Below, piece after piece: positions 21,367 to 32,200 of a stretch of DNA of 37,676 nt (position 1 is its first letter; each line of letters opens with the position of its first letter). The notes beneath the pieces were generated by a model. It was not told where the DNA came from, ran no database searches, and saw nothing but the letters and a program-made list of their open reading frames with translations. Made by a program: the position numbers and the translations under genes. The DNA lies in the NCBI RefSeq assembly GCF_001194135.2, contig NC_069003.1, forward strand, positions 34,066,132 through 34,103,807, given 5' to 3'. This stretch comes from Octopus bimaculoides. Lineage: Eukaryota.

Positions 21367-23994
21367 GCACACGCACACACACATGCACACACACGCATGT
21401 CAGTCTAAGCATCCTTGAAACAGGCTGCCAAAAGTTGAATTTTTCGGACCAGAATTTACAGCCAAAAAACATATTCTTGAAGATGGCTTTGGAGAAGCAA
21501 AAATTCCAAGTCCAAAGCGACAGGATTTGGAAAGAGAGTGACAGTGTTTGAACATATACACTGCATACTATGTTGGCTAGAATGCCATAAAGTACTGAAT
21601 ATATATATAAAAGTCAATGAAAGAAATCTCTCACAGTCACTACACCTGTTAGAAATAGCAGCCAAATCTCTTTCAGACTGCACTTTTCTGTCATATATAT
21701 ATGTAAGATGCAGCAGGATTTGAAACAACAGTGATGATGTTTGAATGCTTATATTAAATACAGTCCCATGTTAATTTGCATCTGTCCCTTTAGATTTACT
21801 TATACAAAATTCATGACAATAATATCTGTTAACTTTGGGAAATATTGTATAGACTCCGGACCTTTGTGTAGTCTCGAGGGGCTGGGATTGGATTATGGCA
21901 AACTAGTTTCTCCTCTTTAAGCATTTCATTTCAATCCTCACAATAGAATGGCAAGGGTGAGTTTACAGGGTACAAGATCTACGGTGGTGGTGGTNNNNNN
22001 NNNNNNNNNNNNNNNNNNNNNNNNNNNNNNNNNNNNNNNNNNNNNNNNNNNNNNNNNNNNNNNNNNNNNNNNNNNNNNNNNNNNNNNNNNNNNNNNNNNN
22101 NNNNNNNNNNNNNNNNNNNNNNNNNNNNNNNNNNNNNNNNNNNNNNNNNNNNNNNNNNNNNNNNNNNNNNNNNNNNNNNNNNNNNNNNNNNNNNNNNNNN
22201 NNNNNNNNNNNNNNNNNNNNNNNNNNNNNNNNNNNNNNNNNNNNNNNNNNNNNNNNNNNNNNNNNNNNNNNNNNNNNNNNNNNNNNNNNNNNNNNNNNNN
22301 NNNNNNNNNNNNNNNNNNNNNNNNNNNNNNNNNNNNNNNNNNNNNNNNNNNNNNNNNNNNNNNNNNNNNNNNNNNNNNNNNNNNNNNNNNNNNNNNNNNN
22401 NNNNNNNNNNNNNNNNNNNNNNNNNNNNNNNNNNNNNNNNNNNNNNNNNNNNNNNNNNNNNNNNNNNNNNNNNNNNNNNNNNNNNNNNNNNNNNNNNNNN
22501 NNNNNNNNNNNNNNNNNNNNNNNNNNNNNNNNNNNNNNNNNNNNNNNNNNNNNNNNNNNNNNNNNNNNNNNNNNNNNNNNNNNNNNNNNNNNNNNNNNNN
22601 NNNNNNNNNNNNNNNNNNNNNNNNNNNNNNNNNNNNNNNNNNNNNNNNNNNNNNNNNNNNNNNNNNNNNNNNNNNNNNNNNNNNNNNNNNNNNNNNNNNN
22701 NNNNNNNNNNNNNNNNNNNNNNNNNNNNNNNNNNNNNNNNNNNNNNNNNNNNNNNNNNNNNNNNNNNNNNNNNNNTTTTGATAACATAATAGGTTAGATA
22801 GGAAAGGTAAAGTCAACCCCAGTGGAATTTGAACTTAGAACGTACAGAGGATGAAATGCTGCTAAGCATATTGTCTGGCTGGCATGCTAATGATTCTGCC
22901 AGCTCATTACCTTAATAATGATGATGATGATGTTGATGACGACAACCACCACCACCACCACCATCATCATCATCTAAAGTGAAGATTGAATAGTGTGTGT
23001 GTGTGTGTGTGCTTATTTGCAGAACGACCATCTGCAAATATAACCATGTCTGTTTGAACACTCGTCAATTTCCCATCAAAAACCATGCAAAACAAATATA
23101 CAAATGTGTTAATATCTTATGTTTTTTAGGAGATCTATGCTGTGAAATGGGAAGAGGGTAACATCCAGTCAAGCAGTTTGTCCTACCATGACACAGGAAG
23201 CCAGGCTGTGATGAACAGTGCCATCTATTCGGACGGCAGGAACCACAAATTAGCAATCGGAGTTGATGATGATTGCCAAGTTTTTTCTATCAGGTACAAG
23301 GTTGTGGCAGCAAAAGACGATACAAAGAAAGGTTAATATTGATTCTGTCTGATCTCTTTTTTTTCTTTTTTTTATGTGTAGGTTTGTATCTATCACCTAT
23401 CTAAACATGAATCCAAACACCCACCCACCACGTATCTGTGTGTGTATGTATAAATATATATATATATATCATCATCATCGTCATCATTTAACATTCGTTT
23501 TCCATGCTGGCATGGGTTGGATGGTTTGATTGAGGTCTGGAGAGCCAGTGGCTGCACCAGGATCCAATCTGATCTAGCAATGTTTCTACAGCTGGATGCT
23601 CTTCTTAACATCAATCACTCCAAGTGTGTGTTTATGTATGTAAAAAAAAATAGACCCCCCCCCCATCCTTTGGTCATGAATGACCATGGCATTGCAGTGA
23701 GAAGGTTCCCCTCCGAGGCACAAGTCCAGGCAAGGTTGTTTATGGAAGACCAGCAGTGACCCCTGCATACCAGCCTCTCCTCTCCTCTCCACGCCACTGA
23801 TGTTATATCCAAGGGAAAGGCAAAGGGGCCGATACAGCTTGGCACCTGTGACATCGCAACTCATTTCTACAGATGAGTGAACTGGAGCAACGTGAAATAA
23901 AGTGTCTTGCTCAAGAACACAACACACAACCTGGTCCAGGAATCGAACTCACTACCTCATGATCTTGAGCCTGACACTCTAACCACTGAACCAT

Positions 23995-24029
<35 letters not shown>

Positions 24030-24676
24030 TATGTACCTGTCTCTGTTATTATTCTACCTGTCCATCTTTGCATTTGTCTCTTCATGTATCTTACTTAACT
24101 ATCTTACCTGTTTTTTCACTGTGTTAATTAAAGTGTTAATTTGATAATTTAGAATCCAGCACAAATGATGTCAGACAGCGGCGGACAAAACAGACCGACA
24201 ACAAAGAGGAACCAGTAAAGAATGGGCCACAGAAAATGGTAAATTTTGACATTGAGAAGATCAGCAAATTCCAGAACTCTGCCAAAGTTTCTGATCATTT
24301 CCAGAAAGTGGTGAAATTTAGTCCAGATGGTAATCTACTCTACACAGGTTCCGATAATGGCATTTTGAGATGTTGGATGGTAAGGATAACTTCGTAAACT
24401 GTTTTCTTCTTTTAATAGTTTGCTCATTATTCTGTGGCCATGCTGGAGCAATGCTTGCAAGAGTTTTAGTCAATGGCTTTGACCCAGCTATTTAATTCAC
24501 TCTAATGCTTAATTTTATCAGAGGCTGTTTGTTGAACCACTAAGCAGCAGGACATAATGGGATGTTTTGTACATAACAGTATAAGCATAACTACTGACAC
24601 ACACATAAATATATGTGTGTATAAATAATGTATATGCACATCTATCTATCTCTCCATCTGTCTATCTCTGTCTATT

Positions 24677-24731
<55 letters not shown>

Positions 24732-25430
24732 GATGGGCTTCTTTCAGTTTCTGTCTACCAAATCCACTCACAAGACTTTGGTCAACAAAAGGCTATAACA
24801 GAAGACACTTGCCCAAGGTGCCACGCAGTGAAACTGATCCCGGAACCTTGTGTTTGGGAAGCAAGCTTCTTACCACACAGCCACGCCTGCGCCTGTCTAT
24901 ATGTACTTGTATCTTTATACAAAGATATACTTTATTATGCATGTTAGAAAGAAAGAAAGAGATTATGAGGAAACTAAAGAAACTGATGTGGTTAGGGTTT
25001 TGGACTCATGATCATAAGATTGCGGTTTCAATTCCTGCACCAGGCGTTGCATTGTGTTCTTGAGCAAAGCACTTCATTTCATGTTGCTCCAGCTGGCAAA
25101 AACGAGTATCTCCTGTGACAGGCTGGCGTCCCATCCAGGGGGAGTATATACGCCACAGGCACCAGGAAGAAGCTGACAGAGCGAGAGAGTAAGAAGCTGA
25201 AGAGAGGTGGTGGTGGTGGTGGAGAGGGGTTAATACATTAACCCATGTCTGTATTTGTCTTTGCAGTATCAGGAATCAAAAAAGGTCTTTGAAGTCAGTG
25301 CCCACTCGTCAGACATAGATGACTTGACCGTTAGTCCTTCAGGGAAGTGGGTAAGTAACACTGAATAAATGTTGGATTCTCTCTCTTTGGAAAAACCGTG
25401 TACTAATGATATTATTGTCGTTGGTATGGT

Positions 25431-25468
<38 letters not shown>

Positions 25469-28421
25469 ATAATAATAATAATAGTAATCCTTTCTACTAA
25501 AGACACAGGGCCAGCAATTTCAAGGGAGGGGCTAAGGTGGTTACATCCACCTCAGTGTTCGACTGGTGCTTATTTTGAATGGGCCCCGAAAGGATGAAGG
25601 GCAAAGTTGTCCTTGATGGAATTTGAAATCAGAACGTAGAGATGCCACCAAACATTCTTCCTGGCATGCTAATGATTCTGCCAGCCTGCCACTTTAATAT
25701 AGTAATAATTAACTTAAAAGCTACACTCCATGTGAACTTCTAAGCTGGCCCCTGCAGAGCGCTAATTGGGCCTGTGGCTCCAAACTAAGGAAAGCTAAAT
25801 AGCATGACTATAATACATCTATAATGACTACGTGCTCCAGAGGTGTTTGATCAGAGGTTAAGGACGTCATCTGACAAACGCCAAGTAAGATGGGATGAAT
25901 CAGCCAAGCTTTACCTGCTAGAAATAGCAACCCAAATGCTTTTAAATCAGATCCCAGTACTGGATGTTCCAGAACCAAATGAAGGGCAGATGTTCAATCT
26001 CTGGATCATCCTGATTCCAAAAATGTATATTATGTCTTTGTAGAGCAAATATAGACTGAGATACAGGGGTCCCGGACGGACGGACAGACAGAATTTCCCT
26101 TTTATTATTATAGATAATAATAACCCTTTCTAGTATAGGCACAAGTCCTGAAATTTCAAAGGAGGAGAATAGTTGATTACTTCCTTCCCCCCCAGGGCTT
26201 CACTGAAAAGATATTGTGACATGACTCTCTTTTCCTTTCGTTAACTATGAATAATTAATTAATTAATGTTTTACACCTAAGAATATTTATTTTTGTTGTT
26301 TAGGTTGTGACAGTGTCCAAAGACAATTTAGGAATCGTATGGAATGCAAAAACTGGTAAAAAACACACGAAATTAACCTGGCCTTGTAAGACCAAAGAGC
26401 AGTATAGGTTCCGATGTTGTGAGTAAGTATGGCAGAATGTTGTTATTTTTGGTTTTGTTGTTTTATAGGCAAAGATGGTGGTGTGTGTGTGGGTGAGTAG
26501 TTTGCTTCCGAACCACATGGTTCTGGTTTCAGTCCCACTGTGTGGCACCTTGGACAAAAGTCTTATTCTAAACCACAGGGCTAACCAAGGCCTTGTGAGA
26601 GGATTTGGAAAGTGGCAACTGAAAGAAGTCTGTGTGTGTGTGTGTGTGTGCGCACATGTGTGTGTGTGTGTATCTATTTTCCTACCGAGCTTACAGGTTA
26701 AGACTTGTCCATCCTTTGTTGTCTTTTTCCATTCAGTTGTTGTGCATGACATTTGCAACATGAAAATGTGTGTATATGTACATGTGTACGTATATGTGTG
26801 TGTGTATACTTATATATATATGTGTGTGTGTGTGCATGTGTATGTATATGTATGTGTGTGTGTGTATATATATCTATGTGTGTGTTTATTTTACAGTGTT
26901 CTAAATATGTGCATATGCACACACATCAGCCTACCATATATACATTTACCTACCAGCCACAGACTAATATACCAGATATAAATGCTAATCTACCAGGCAT
27001 ATTGACTGATCTATCAGCCCCACAAACACATACACACATACATGCTAATATACTAACTATACACAAGCCATACATAGACAAACACATACACACACACACT
27101 AATACAGTAGGTATACACACACACACACGCTAATCCACCCACCTTCTTTCTATCACAATTAGTCACCAACTAATTATTCTACCAAGCAGTAATGTTTGTA
27201 ACTGTTATTTTCTTCTTCTCTGTCCATCCAGATTTGGCTGTGTTGAGGGAAATAAAAACAAATACAACCTTTACACATTANNNNNNNNNNNNNNNNNNNN
27301 NNNNNNNNNNNNNNNNNNNNNNNNNNNNNNNNNNNNNNNNNNNNNNNNNNNNNNNNNNNNNNNNNNNNNNNNNNNNNNNNNNNNNNNNNNNNNNNNNNNN
27401 NNNNNNNNNNNNNNNNNNNNNNNNNNNNNNNNNNNNNNNNNNNNNNNNNNNNNNNNNNNNNNNNNNNNNNNNNNNNNNNNNNNNNNNNNNATTGGCCTTC
27501 TTTGTGCGTTTGCTGTCTCTTTTGATGTTTTATTGTTAAACCCTTCAGCATTCACATTTCTCTATCAAGCATGGCATATCACCAAAGGTCTTTGTCACCT
27601 GGCACTGCCTCGAATTCTAATTTGTGAAAGGAAAAATGTATCATCATCATCATTTAATGTCCACTTTCCATGCTGGCCTGGGGTTAAATGATTTGACTGG
27701 AACTGGTAAGCCAATGGGGCTGCACCAGGTTTCAATCTGATTTGGCAAGGTTTCTATGGCTGAATGTAGGGAGTTTGATGTAAGCAGTGTGTAACTGGCA
27801 CTTATTTTATCGACTCTGAAAGGATGAAAGGTAAAGCCAACATGGGTGGAATTTGAACTCAGAACATAAGAGCGGACAAAATGTCGCTAAGTATTTTGCC
27901 TGGTGTGCTAATGATTCTGCCAGCTCACCACCTTCACATAATTCGTTAATATTCTTATTTGTTTCATTTCAGTGACGACGGCGATTACCTGGGAGTTGGC
28001 AGTATTTCAGGCAGCATCAGTGTTTACATCTCTTTTAGTCTCCAGGTACCGTAGACCATTCAGTTCTGGTTCAATGTCTGTCTGTGTGTCCTGTGTATGA
28101 ATTTATAGCAATGTATTGAGGTGTGTGGTGTCTGCATTTATCTCTATTCATCCATCAGTCTATCACTGTGTGTGTGTGTGTGTGTGTGTGTATATAGTGA
28201 GAATTTACAAAATAAAGAAGACAGGTGTGTAAACAACAAACAGATATATTAGTTTAATGTTCGGGAAGTGAGAAAGTCTTTTACATTTCAAGCCTATGCT
28301 CTTCAGCAGAAAGGAACACAGAAATAAACAGGGAGAAAATAAAACAGGCTTAGTGGCTAGCGATCTATCATTGCGAATGCTCCGGACAGAGGGTCAGACA
28401 GGAGAGCTAGAAAGAAGGGGG

Positions 28422-28456
<35 letters not shown>

Positions 28457-30039
28457 ATTTCTTTGCAATAAGATATATATTCATGCTTACACATAGTTTT
28501 GTATGATCTTTAAGTAATTATTGTAGTAAGGTTGTGTCTGTGTGTGTGTCTGTCTGTCTGTCTGTCTGTTTGGTTTGCTTGTTTGTTTGTGTGTATTTGT
28601 ATATGTGTGTGTCAGTTTGCCTGTCTGTGTGTCATTAAACAAATCTTCCAATTCAGTCACCTGTCCCCCTTTATTCCATTGCAGAGATTGTACCACGTCC
28701 AAGAATCCCACAGAATATTCATCACTGGCGTTGAATTCTTACCGGTTTCTAAATCAATGCGTGCTGTGACCGGTGCCCACGATTTCCAGCTCCTTAGTAT
28801 TTCCCCTGACCACATAGTACAGATACACAAACCACATACAGGTCAGTACCTTAAAACTGCTTCTGTTCTTTTTTTTTTCTTTTCCTTTACCATTCTTTCT
28901 TGAAATGGGACAGGTGTCTTTCATCAGTTAGCATTTATTAGTTAATTCTGCTTTAAGCGTGCCATATATTTTTTTATTTTTTGGAATTTTCAGAAAATTT
29001 TTGCGAGTTTGCAGTATGTATAAAAACATTCATTACACTCTTGGAATGGTTGGCGTCAGGAAAGGCATCCAGCCGTTGAAACCATGCCAAATCAGATTGG
29101 AAGTTGGTGCAGCTCTCTGGCTTACCACTTCTAGTCAAGCTGTCTAACCCAGTAGTTCCCAAACTTTTTCAAGCTGCTGCCCACCTCTTGGCACCCAGGC
29201 CACATTCCTAGCGCCTCCCCCTCCCCACCACAAATATAGACCACTTCCTGCAGCAAATTCAAAACAGCTGAATTTCACAAATAAAACTTAAACCTAATTA
29301 ATTAACCTAGTAATATTTCTATTTTTTTTTTCTTTCTATCGTCCCATTTTGGCCACCCCCTTATCATCCCACTTTTCTTCAACCCCGCCCTGGATCTTTC
29401 CACTGCCCTTAAGGGGGCAGTACTGTCCACTTTGGGAACCACTGATTTAACCCATGGAAAGCAGACACTAAATGACGAGGATGATGATGATGATAATCAT
29501 GGTGATATTCTACACATGAAATTCATATGATTATGCAAAACCGCAACAAAAAAGACTTTTGTGTGTGTAATTTAAGGGCTATTTAGCTGTCATTTTTGGC
29601 ATATCCCATGACCACCTGATACCCTCCTTGTTTCTTTGTCATTCTGACGTATTGATGTTTTCCAACATCTTTCTTCCTTTAACTATATTTAATAATCTAT
29701 TTGTTGGAATTTAAGCAAAAATTTTGGACTGTCCATATTTTAAACTCTTTGAAAAAAAAAAAATCACAAAATTAAAAACAAATTTTTTTTAACGAAGTGT
29801 CAGCACGAAGTGTCAGCACGAAGTGTCAGCACGAAGCGTCAGCACGAAGCAGACTTCCTTCTTGTAATAAATGCTTTCTTATATAAGCAAAACCTCTTCA
29901 CTTGACCGATGTTATTTGACCTCTTCTGTCTCTTACAGGTTACTACGTACGAATGGAAACTGGACTAGTAATCATCGTATTCGGCACCATTCTGATATTG
30001 GCTGCATTAGTGTTGCTGTTGGATCAACTTGGATTGTGA
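15562..30039 (+). CDS. PREB: Prolactin regulatory element-binding protein / SEC12-like Sar1 GEF, spliced gene: join of 15562-15684, 23130-23331, 24153-24379, 25267-25350, 26304-26422, 27232-(gap), 27973-28045, 28685-28841, 29939-30039
   Basis: N-terminal FPIY...VAGGGGSSKTGVPN is the Sec12 K-loop motif (GGGGxxxxGxxN). WD40-type segments FQKVVKFSPDGNLLYTGSDNGILRCW, AHSSDIDDL, SDDGDYLGVGSISGSISVYISFSLQ and RLYHVQESHRIFITGVEFLP follow, then a C-terminal hydrophobic TM helix. Visible junctions are GT-AG and in phase. Confidence 0.95.
17396..17425. promoter_or_regulatory. Promoter-like motif pair inside PREB intron 1
   Basis: ACTACAACTGCC (ZNF143/THAP11-like) at 17396-17407 and a perfect ETS site CCGGAAGT at 17418-17425, followed by about 200 bp of CpG-retaining sequence. 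Confidence 0.3.
18305..18462 (+). mobile_element. SINE family A, 5' half
   Basis: gcaggagtggctgtatggtaagaagc...ggaaactgaaagaagccc followed by (TA/TG)n. Confidence 0.85.
18511..19005 (-). mobile_element. Decayed 3' end of a HERO-like (REL-endonuclease) non-LTR retrotransposon
   Basis: Translation with stops and frameshifts: IRNNWKQRLNLDIPQWPVQTLLHPAMFISETTRQLIILDLTRP*EEHI*GINEREHTKYQEL ... MSETADKVTKWLWTKREDL*, then a 3' UTR ending ccaggctacatcactgatgatgtg. This resembles the HERO C-terminus (RPD..ELTVPWE..KYQEL..WLWxKR) as I recall it. Confidence 0.72.
19045..19133 (-). mobile_element. Small decayed LINE RT fragment
   Basis: CKKATDHVSEDMLWKVLQEYKIKG resembles the RT motif DLKKAFDRVPRExLWKVLxEYGI. 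Confidence 0.55.
20440..20945. repeat. Diverged tandem duplication, period ~278 bp
   Basis: aggattttcaaa..aaacta at 20451 and 20729; gatggagatggatttagaaagatta and attggtaacgat are repeated in register. Confidence 0.85.
22805..22912 (-). mobile_element. SINE family B, head half
   Basis: gtaaagtcaaccccagtggaatttgaac...gctaatgattctgccagctc, as at 27833-27933. Confidence 0.78.
23130..23331 (+). CDS. PREB: PREB coding exon 2 (202 nt)
   Basis: ttttttag|GAG; EIYAVKWEEG...YHDTGSQAVMNSAI...CQVFSIRYKVVAAKDDTKK+G; donor GTTAAT. Confidence 0.88.
23467..23620 (-). mobile_element. Repeat family C copy
   Basis: Highly similar to 14173-14373. Confidence 0.85.
23660..23998 (-). mobile_element. tRNA-derived SINE family D (CORE-like central region)
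   Basis: Minus-strand head gtgcatggttcagtggttagagtgtc...gagttcgattccc (A/B boxes), then ttgagcaagacacttt...ctcatctgtagaaatgag, reminiscent of the CORE domain. A related head is at 24984-25160(+). Confidence 0.72.
24153..24379 (+). CDS. PREB: PREB coding exon 3 (227 nt)
   Basis: atttag|AA; ...DHFQKVVKFSPDGNLLYTGSDNGILRCWM; donor GTAAGG. Confidence 0.92.
24730..24890 (-). mobile_element. SINE family A, 5' half
   Basis: Reverse complement of 18305-18462. Confidence 0.85.
25267..25350 (+). CDS. PREB: PREB coding exon 4 (84 nt)
   Basis: ttgcag|TAT; YQESKKVFEVSAHSSDIDDLTVSPSGKW; donor GTAAGT. Confidence 0.92.
25488..25693 (-). mobile_element. SINE family B
   Basis: Reverse complement similar to 4186-4400, with an adjacent (TAG/TAA)n tail. 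Confidence 0.8.
26304..26422 (+). CDS. PREB: PREB coding exon 5 (119 nt)
   Basis: gtttag|GTT; VVTVSKDNLGIVWNAKTGKKHTKLTWPCKTKEQYRFRCC+GA; donor GTAAGT. Confidence 0.92.
26483..26630 (+). mobile_element. SINE family A, 5' half (diverged)
   Basis: ...ttgcttccgaaccacatggttctggtttcagtcccactgtgtggcaccttgg...actgaaagaag. Confidence 0.8.
27232..27280 (+). CDS. PREB: PREB coding exon 6, 5' part only (runs into gap 27281-27490)
   Basis: Polypyrimidine tract and catccag|A; FGCVEGNKNKYNLYTL, then Ns. Confidence 0.85.
27790..27933 (-). mobile_element. SINE family B, partial
   Basis: Reverse complement of the family B head and central domain. Confidence 0.8.
27973..28045 (+). CDS. PREB: PREB coding exon 7 (73 nt)
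   Basis: catttcag|T; DDGDYLGVGSISGSISVYISFSLQ; donor GTACCG. Confidence 0.93.
28196..28400. repeat. Dispersed repeat, second copy at 33531-33617 (possibly a Penelope-like terminus)
   Basis: gagaat(t/a)tacaaa...gacaggtg(g)tgtaaa(c/t)aacaaa...tatattagt...tcgggaa is shared by the two loci. Confidence 0.55.
28685..28841 (+). CDS. PREB: PREB coding exon 8 (157 nt)
   Basis: attgcag|AGA; RLYHVQESHRIFITGVEFLPVSKSMRAVTGAHDFQLLSISPDHIVQIHKPHT+G; donor GTCAGT. Confidence 0.93.
29150..29444. mobile_element. hAT (Charlie-like) MITE, 295 bp
   Basis: TIRs CAGTAGTTCCCAAA / TTTGGGAACCACTG; 8-bp TSD-like flanks gtctaacc / atttaacc (6/8). Confidence 0.75.
29792..29850. repeat. 13-bp tandem repeat (acgaagtgtcagc) x4.5
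   Basis: Units at 29792, 29805, 29818, 29831 and a partial unit at 29844. Confidence 0.95.
29939..30039 (+). CDS. PREB: PREB terminal coding exon (TM helix and stop)
   Basis: cttacag|GT; GYYVRMETGLVIIVFGTILILAALVLLLDQLGL*; TGA at 30037-30039. Confidence 0.9.
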
Positions 30040-30246
30040 GAAACAATTTTTGATTCAGCACCATCAGTTTTTGCTTTGTTTTTTGTTTTTTCACCAGATT
30101 TCTGTTGGCTTTTGTTGTTTTTTTTTAACTACAACACTTGAAAAACAAAACAAAACAAAAAAACAATCAAACAAGCAACCAAAATTTTCTTTCAAAGAAA
30201 ACTATAAAAAAATTTCTTTTCCTTTTGGAAAATATCACAGAAAAAT

Positions 30247-30334
30247 AATAAACTTGTTTTTGTTTTCTTCTTCTTTAATAATTTTTTTTTTCTTCAATTA
30301 TTGCTTTTTTTCCCCCACCATTTTTGGAAATAAA
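30247..30334 (+). terminator. Candidate polyadenylation signals of PREB (AATAAA at 30247-30252 and 30329-30334)
   Basis: Canonical hexamers in U-rich sequence 200-300 nt after the stop; the first is followed by T-rich tracts. AATAAA is common by chance in AT-rich DNA. Confidence 0.35.
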
Positions 30335-31117
30335 CCCTGAGAATATTCTTCTTCTAAACATGTGGTGCTTCAAGAAAACTTCACCAATCTTGTAGCAGTA
30401 TTGTTTTAGTAGAAGGAGAGATTTTTTTAAGAGAATCAAAAAAGCAAGAACTAAAAAATAATTTTAAAAAAGAAGACAAATGACAGGACTTTGGAAATAT
30501 TCAAAGAGTTCTTGCCTGTCTCCATCTTGAATTATGTGATTAAGAAAGATACAGCTTTCTGTACATTAGTGTTTGTGGATGTGTAATAATGTGTGAGCAT
30601 GTAAATATGTGTGTGTGCGTTTATAAATATGCACACATACACGTGTGTGTACATACATATGCATACATTCATATTTGCATATATATACATATATAGGGCC
30701 TTACAAACATATTACATAAAGAGATACATACATTACACACACACACACACACACACGTATATTTATGCATACACACACACACACACACATATATACAAGT
30801 TATTCTCCAAACTAGTCAGCTGTAGCAAGCAGTGTTTAGTAGGATGTATTCAAAGTGCTGTCACGGCCCTCTCCTTCAATCTAGAAGTACAAAAGTCAGC
30901 AGGTCAGCTTATTAGATGTATAGTAATGATATACTAAAATTATAATTATCTAGGCCAATTATAACTGCCTCTCCTAAAGAAGTCTCAAACCATTTGGAAA
31001 GCACCTCATATATCCATGTAATCCTATAAAGTGTCCATGTATCACTCTCTCACTTCTCCTTATTATTTCTTTTATCACTTTTATACCTCTCCTCTGTCAA
31101 TTTGGCTCCTTACCATT

Positions 31118-31149
<32 letters not shown>

Positions 31150-31879
31150 CGTATTCAGTTACTCCTCTTACCACCACCCTTTGTCCATTAGTCATCACTC
31201 TTCTACTTCTAGTACTCCCTCATCTATCACCTTCTCTCCTTCCAAGCATTCTCTCCCTCACTACATTACTCATGATGTTTCTATCCAACTTACTTACCAA
31301 CAACCCTCATGTAACTGTCTAATTCTCCTCCCTCTCTCATTATCTCTCTTCTTTTACTCCCCCCTCTCTCTCTCTCTCGCCTATCATCCACTCACATCTA
31401 TCCCTCTATTTTTCTTCCTTTTCTCAACCTTCTGTCTCCCTCTCATTCTGCTTTTCTTTCTTCACTCTCTCTTCTATCAAATGACACCAAGACAACCTTC
31501 TGCTGTAAGAAAGTAATCAAATGGAGAAATAGAGTTGCTATATTTTTATATCTTCAAGCATTGTATCACTGATTATGATATGTGACTGGTCATAATTTTA
31601 CTGTTGATTTCGCACCAGCTACTACACTTGTTAATATCTCTGATCCTTCTGATAGGTTAGCTGGAAATGCACAGCCTTTTTGATCCAGAAGGTGTATATA
31701 AACCCTAGCGGGTTTGGTGTTGGTAAAAATAACTTGAATGAACCTTTGTGAAAAATTATAACATTATCTGTGACAGAAAGAAGGTTTATTTGCCATGGAA
31801 TCATATTAGCTATGGTTGTGTGTGTGTGTGTGAAAGTAAGTCATCCTCTAGTCCCAAAATCACAAAACGAACATGACCA

Positions 31880-32200
31880 CATTGCTAAAAAGAATTTCTG
31901 CTCATGAAGGCACTATCCAAATATCTCTCTTTGGAGTTTAGGAAAACCCCTGGATTGTGTGTACATTTTAGAAAGAGTCTGTCTACCAAGCAAAGCTTGC
32001 AACACCTACTTTCATTCAGATATGGTCCTAGGTTCTTTTGGCAATTTCCAGTTGATTTTGTACAGCACTGCTTCTTTTAATCGCTCTATGTAATTGCCAA
32101 ATATTGTAATATTGCACCTGTCTTGGATTCTAAAACAGGTTATGTAATGATTCAGTTTCACCTTAAAGGGGCCCTCCATTGTCCTGACCAATTTCATTGG
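31880..32200 (-). mobile_element. Decayed Penelope-like element, GIY-YIG endonuclease C-terminal part
   Basis: EGPFKVKLNHYITCFR...FGNYIERLKE...KINWKL, then a frameshift to PYLNESRCCKLCLVDRLFLK...LNSKREIFG*CLHEQKFFL. This resembles the PLE pattern FKxRxxNHxxSF...LSKYIWxLK...IxWKI...RCNLCLxEK...LNKRxE...CRHxxKF. Confidence 0.7.

Noticed and set aside
23294-23299. Alternative donor CAG|GTACAA in PREB exon 2
   Set aside because: It is phase 2, incompatible with the phase-1 start of exon 3.
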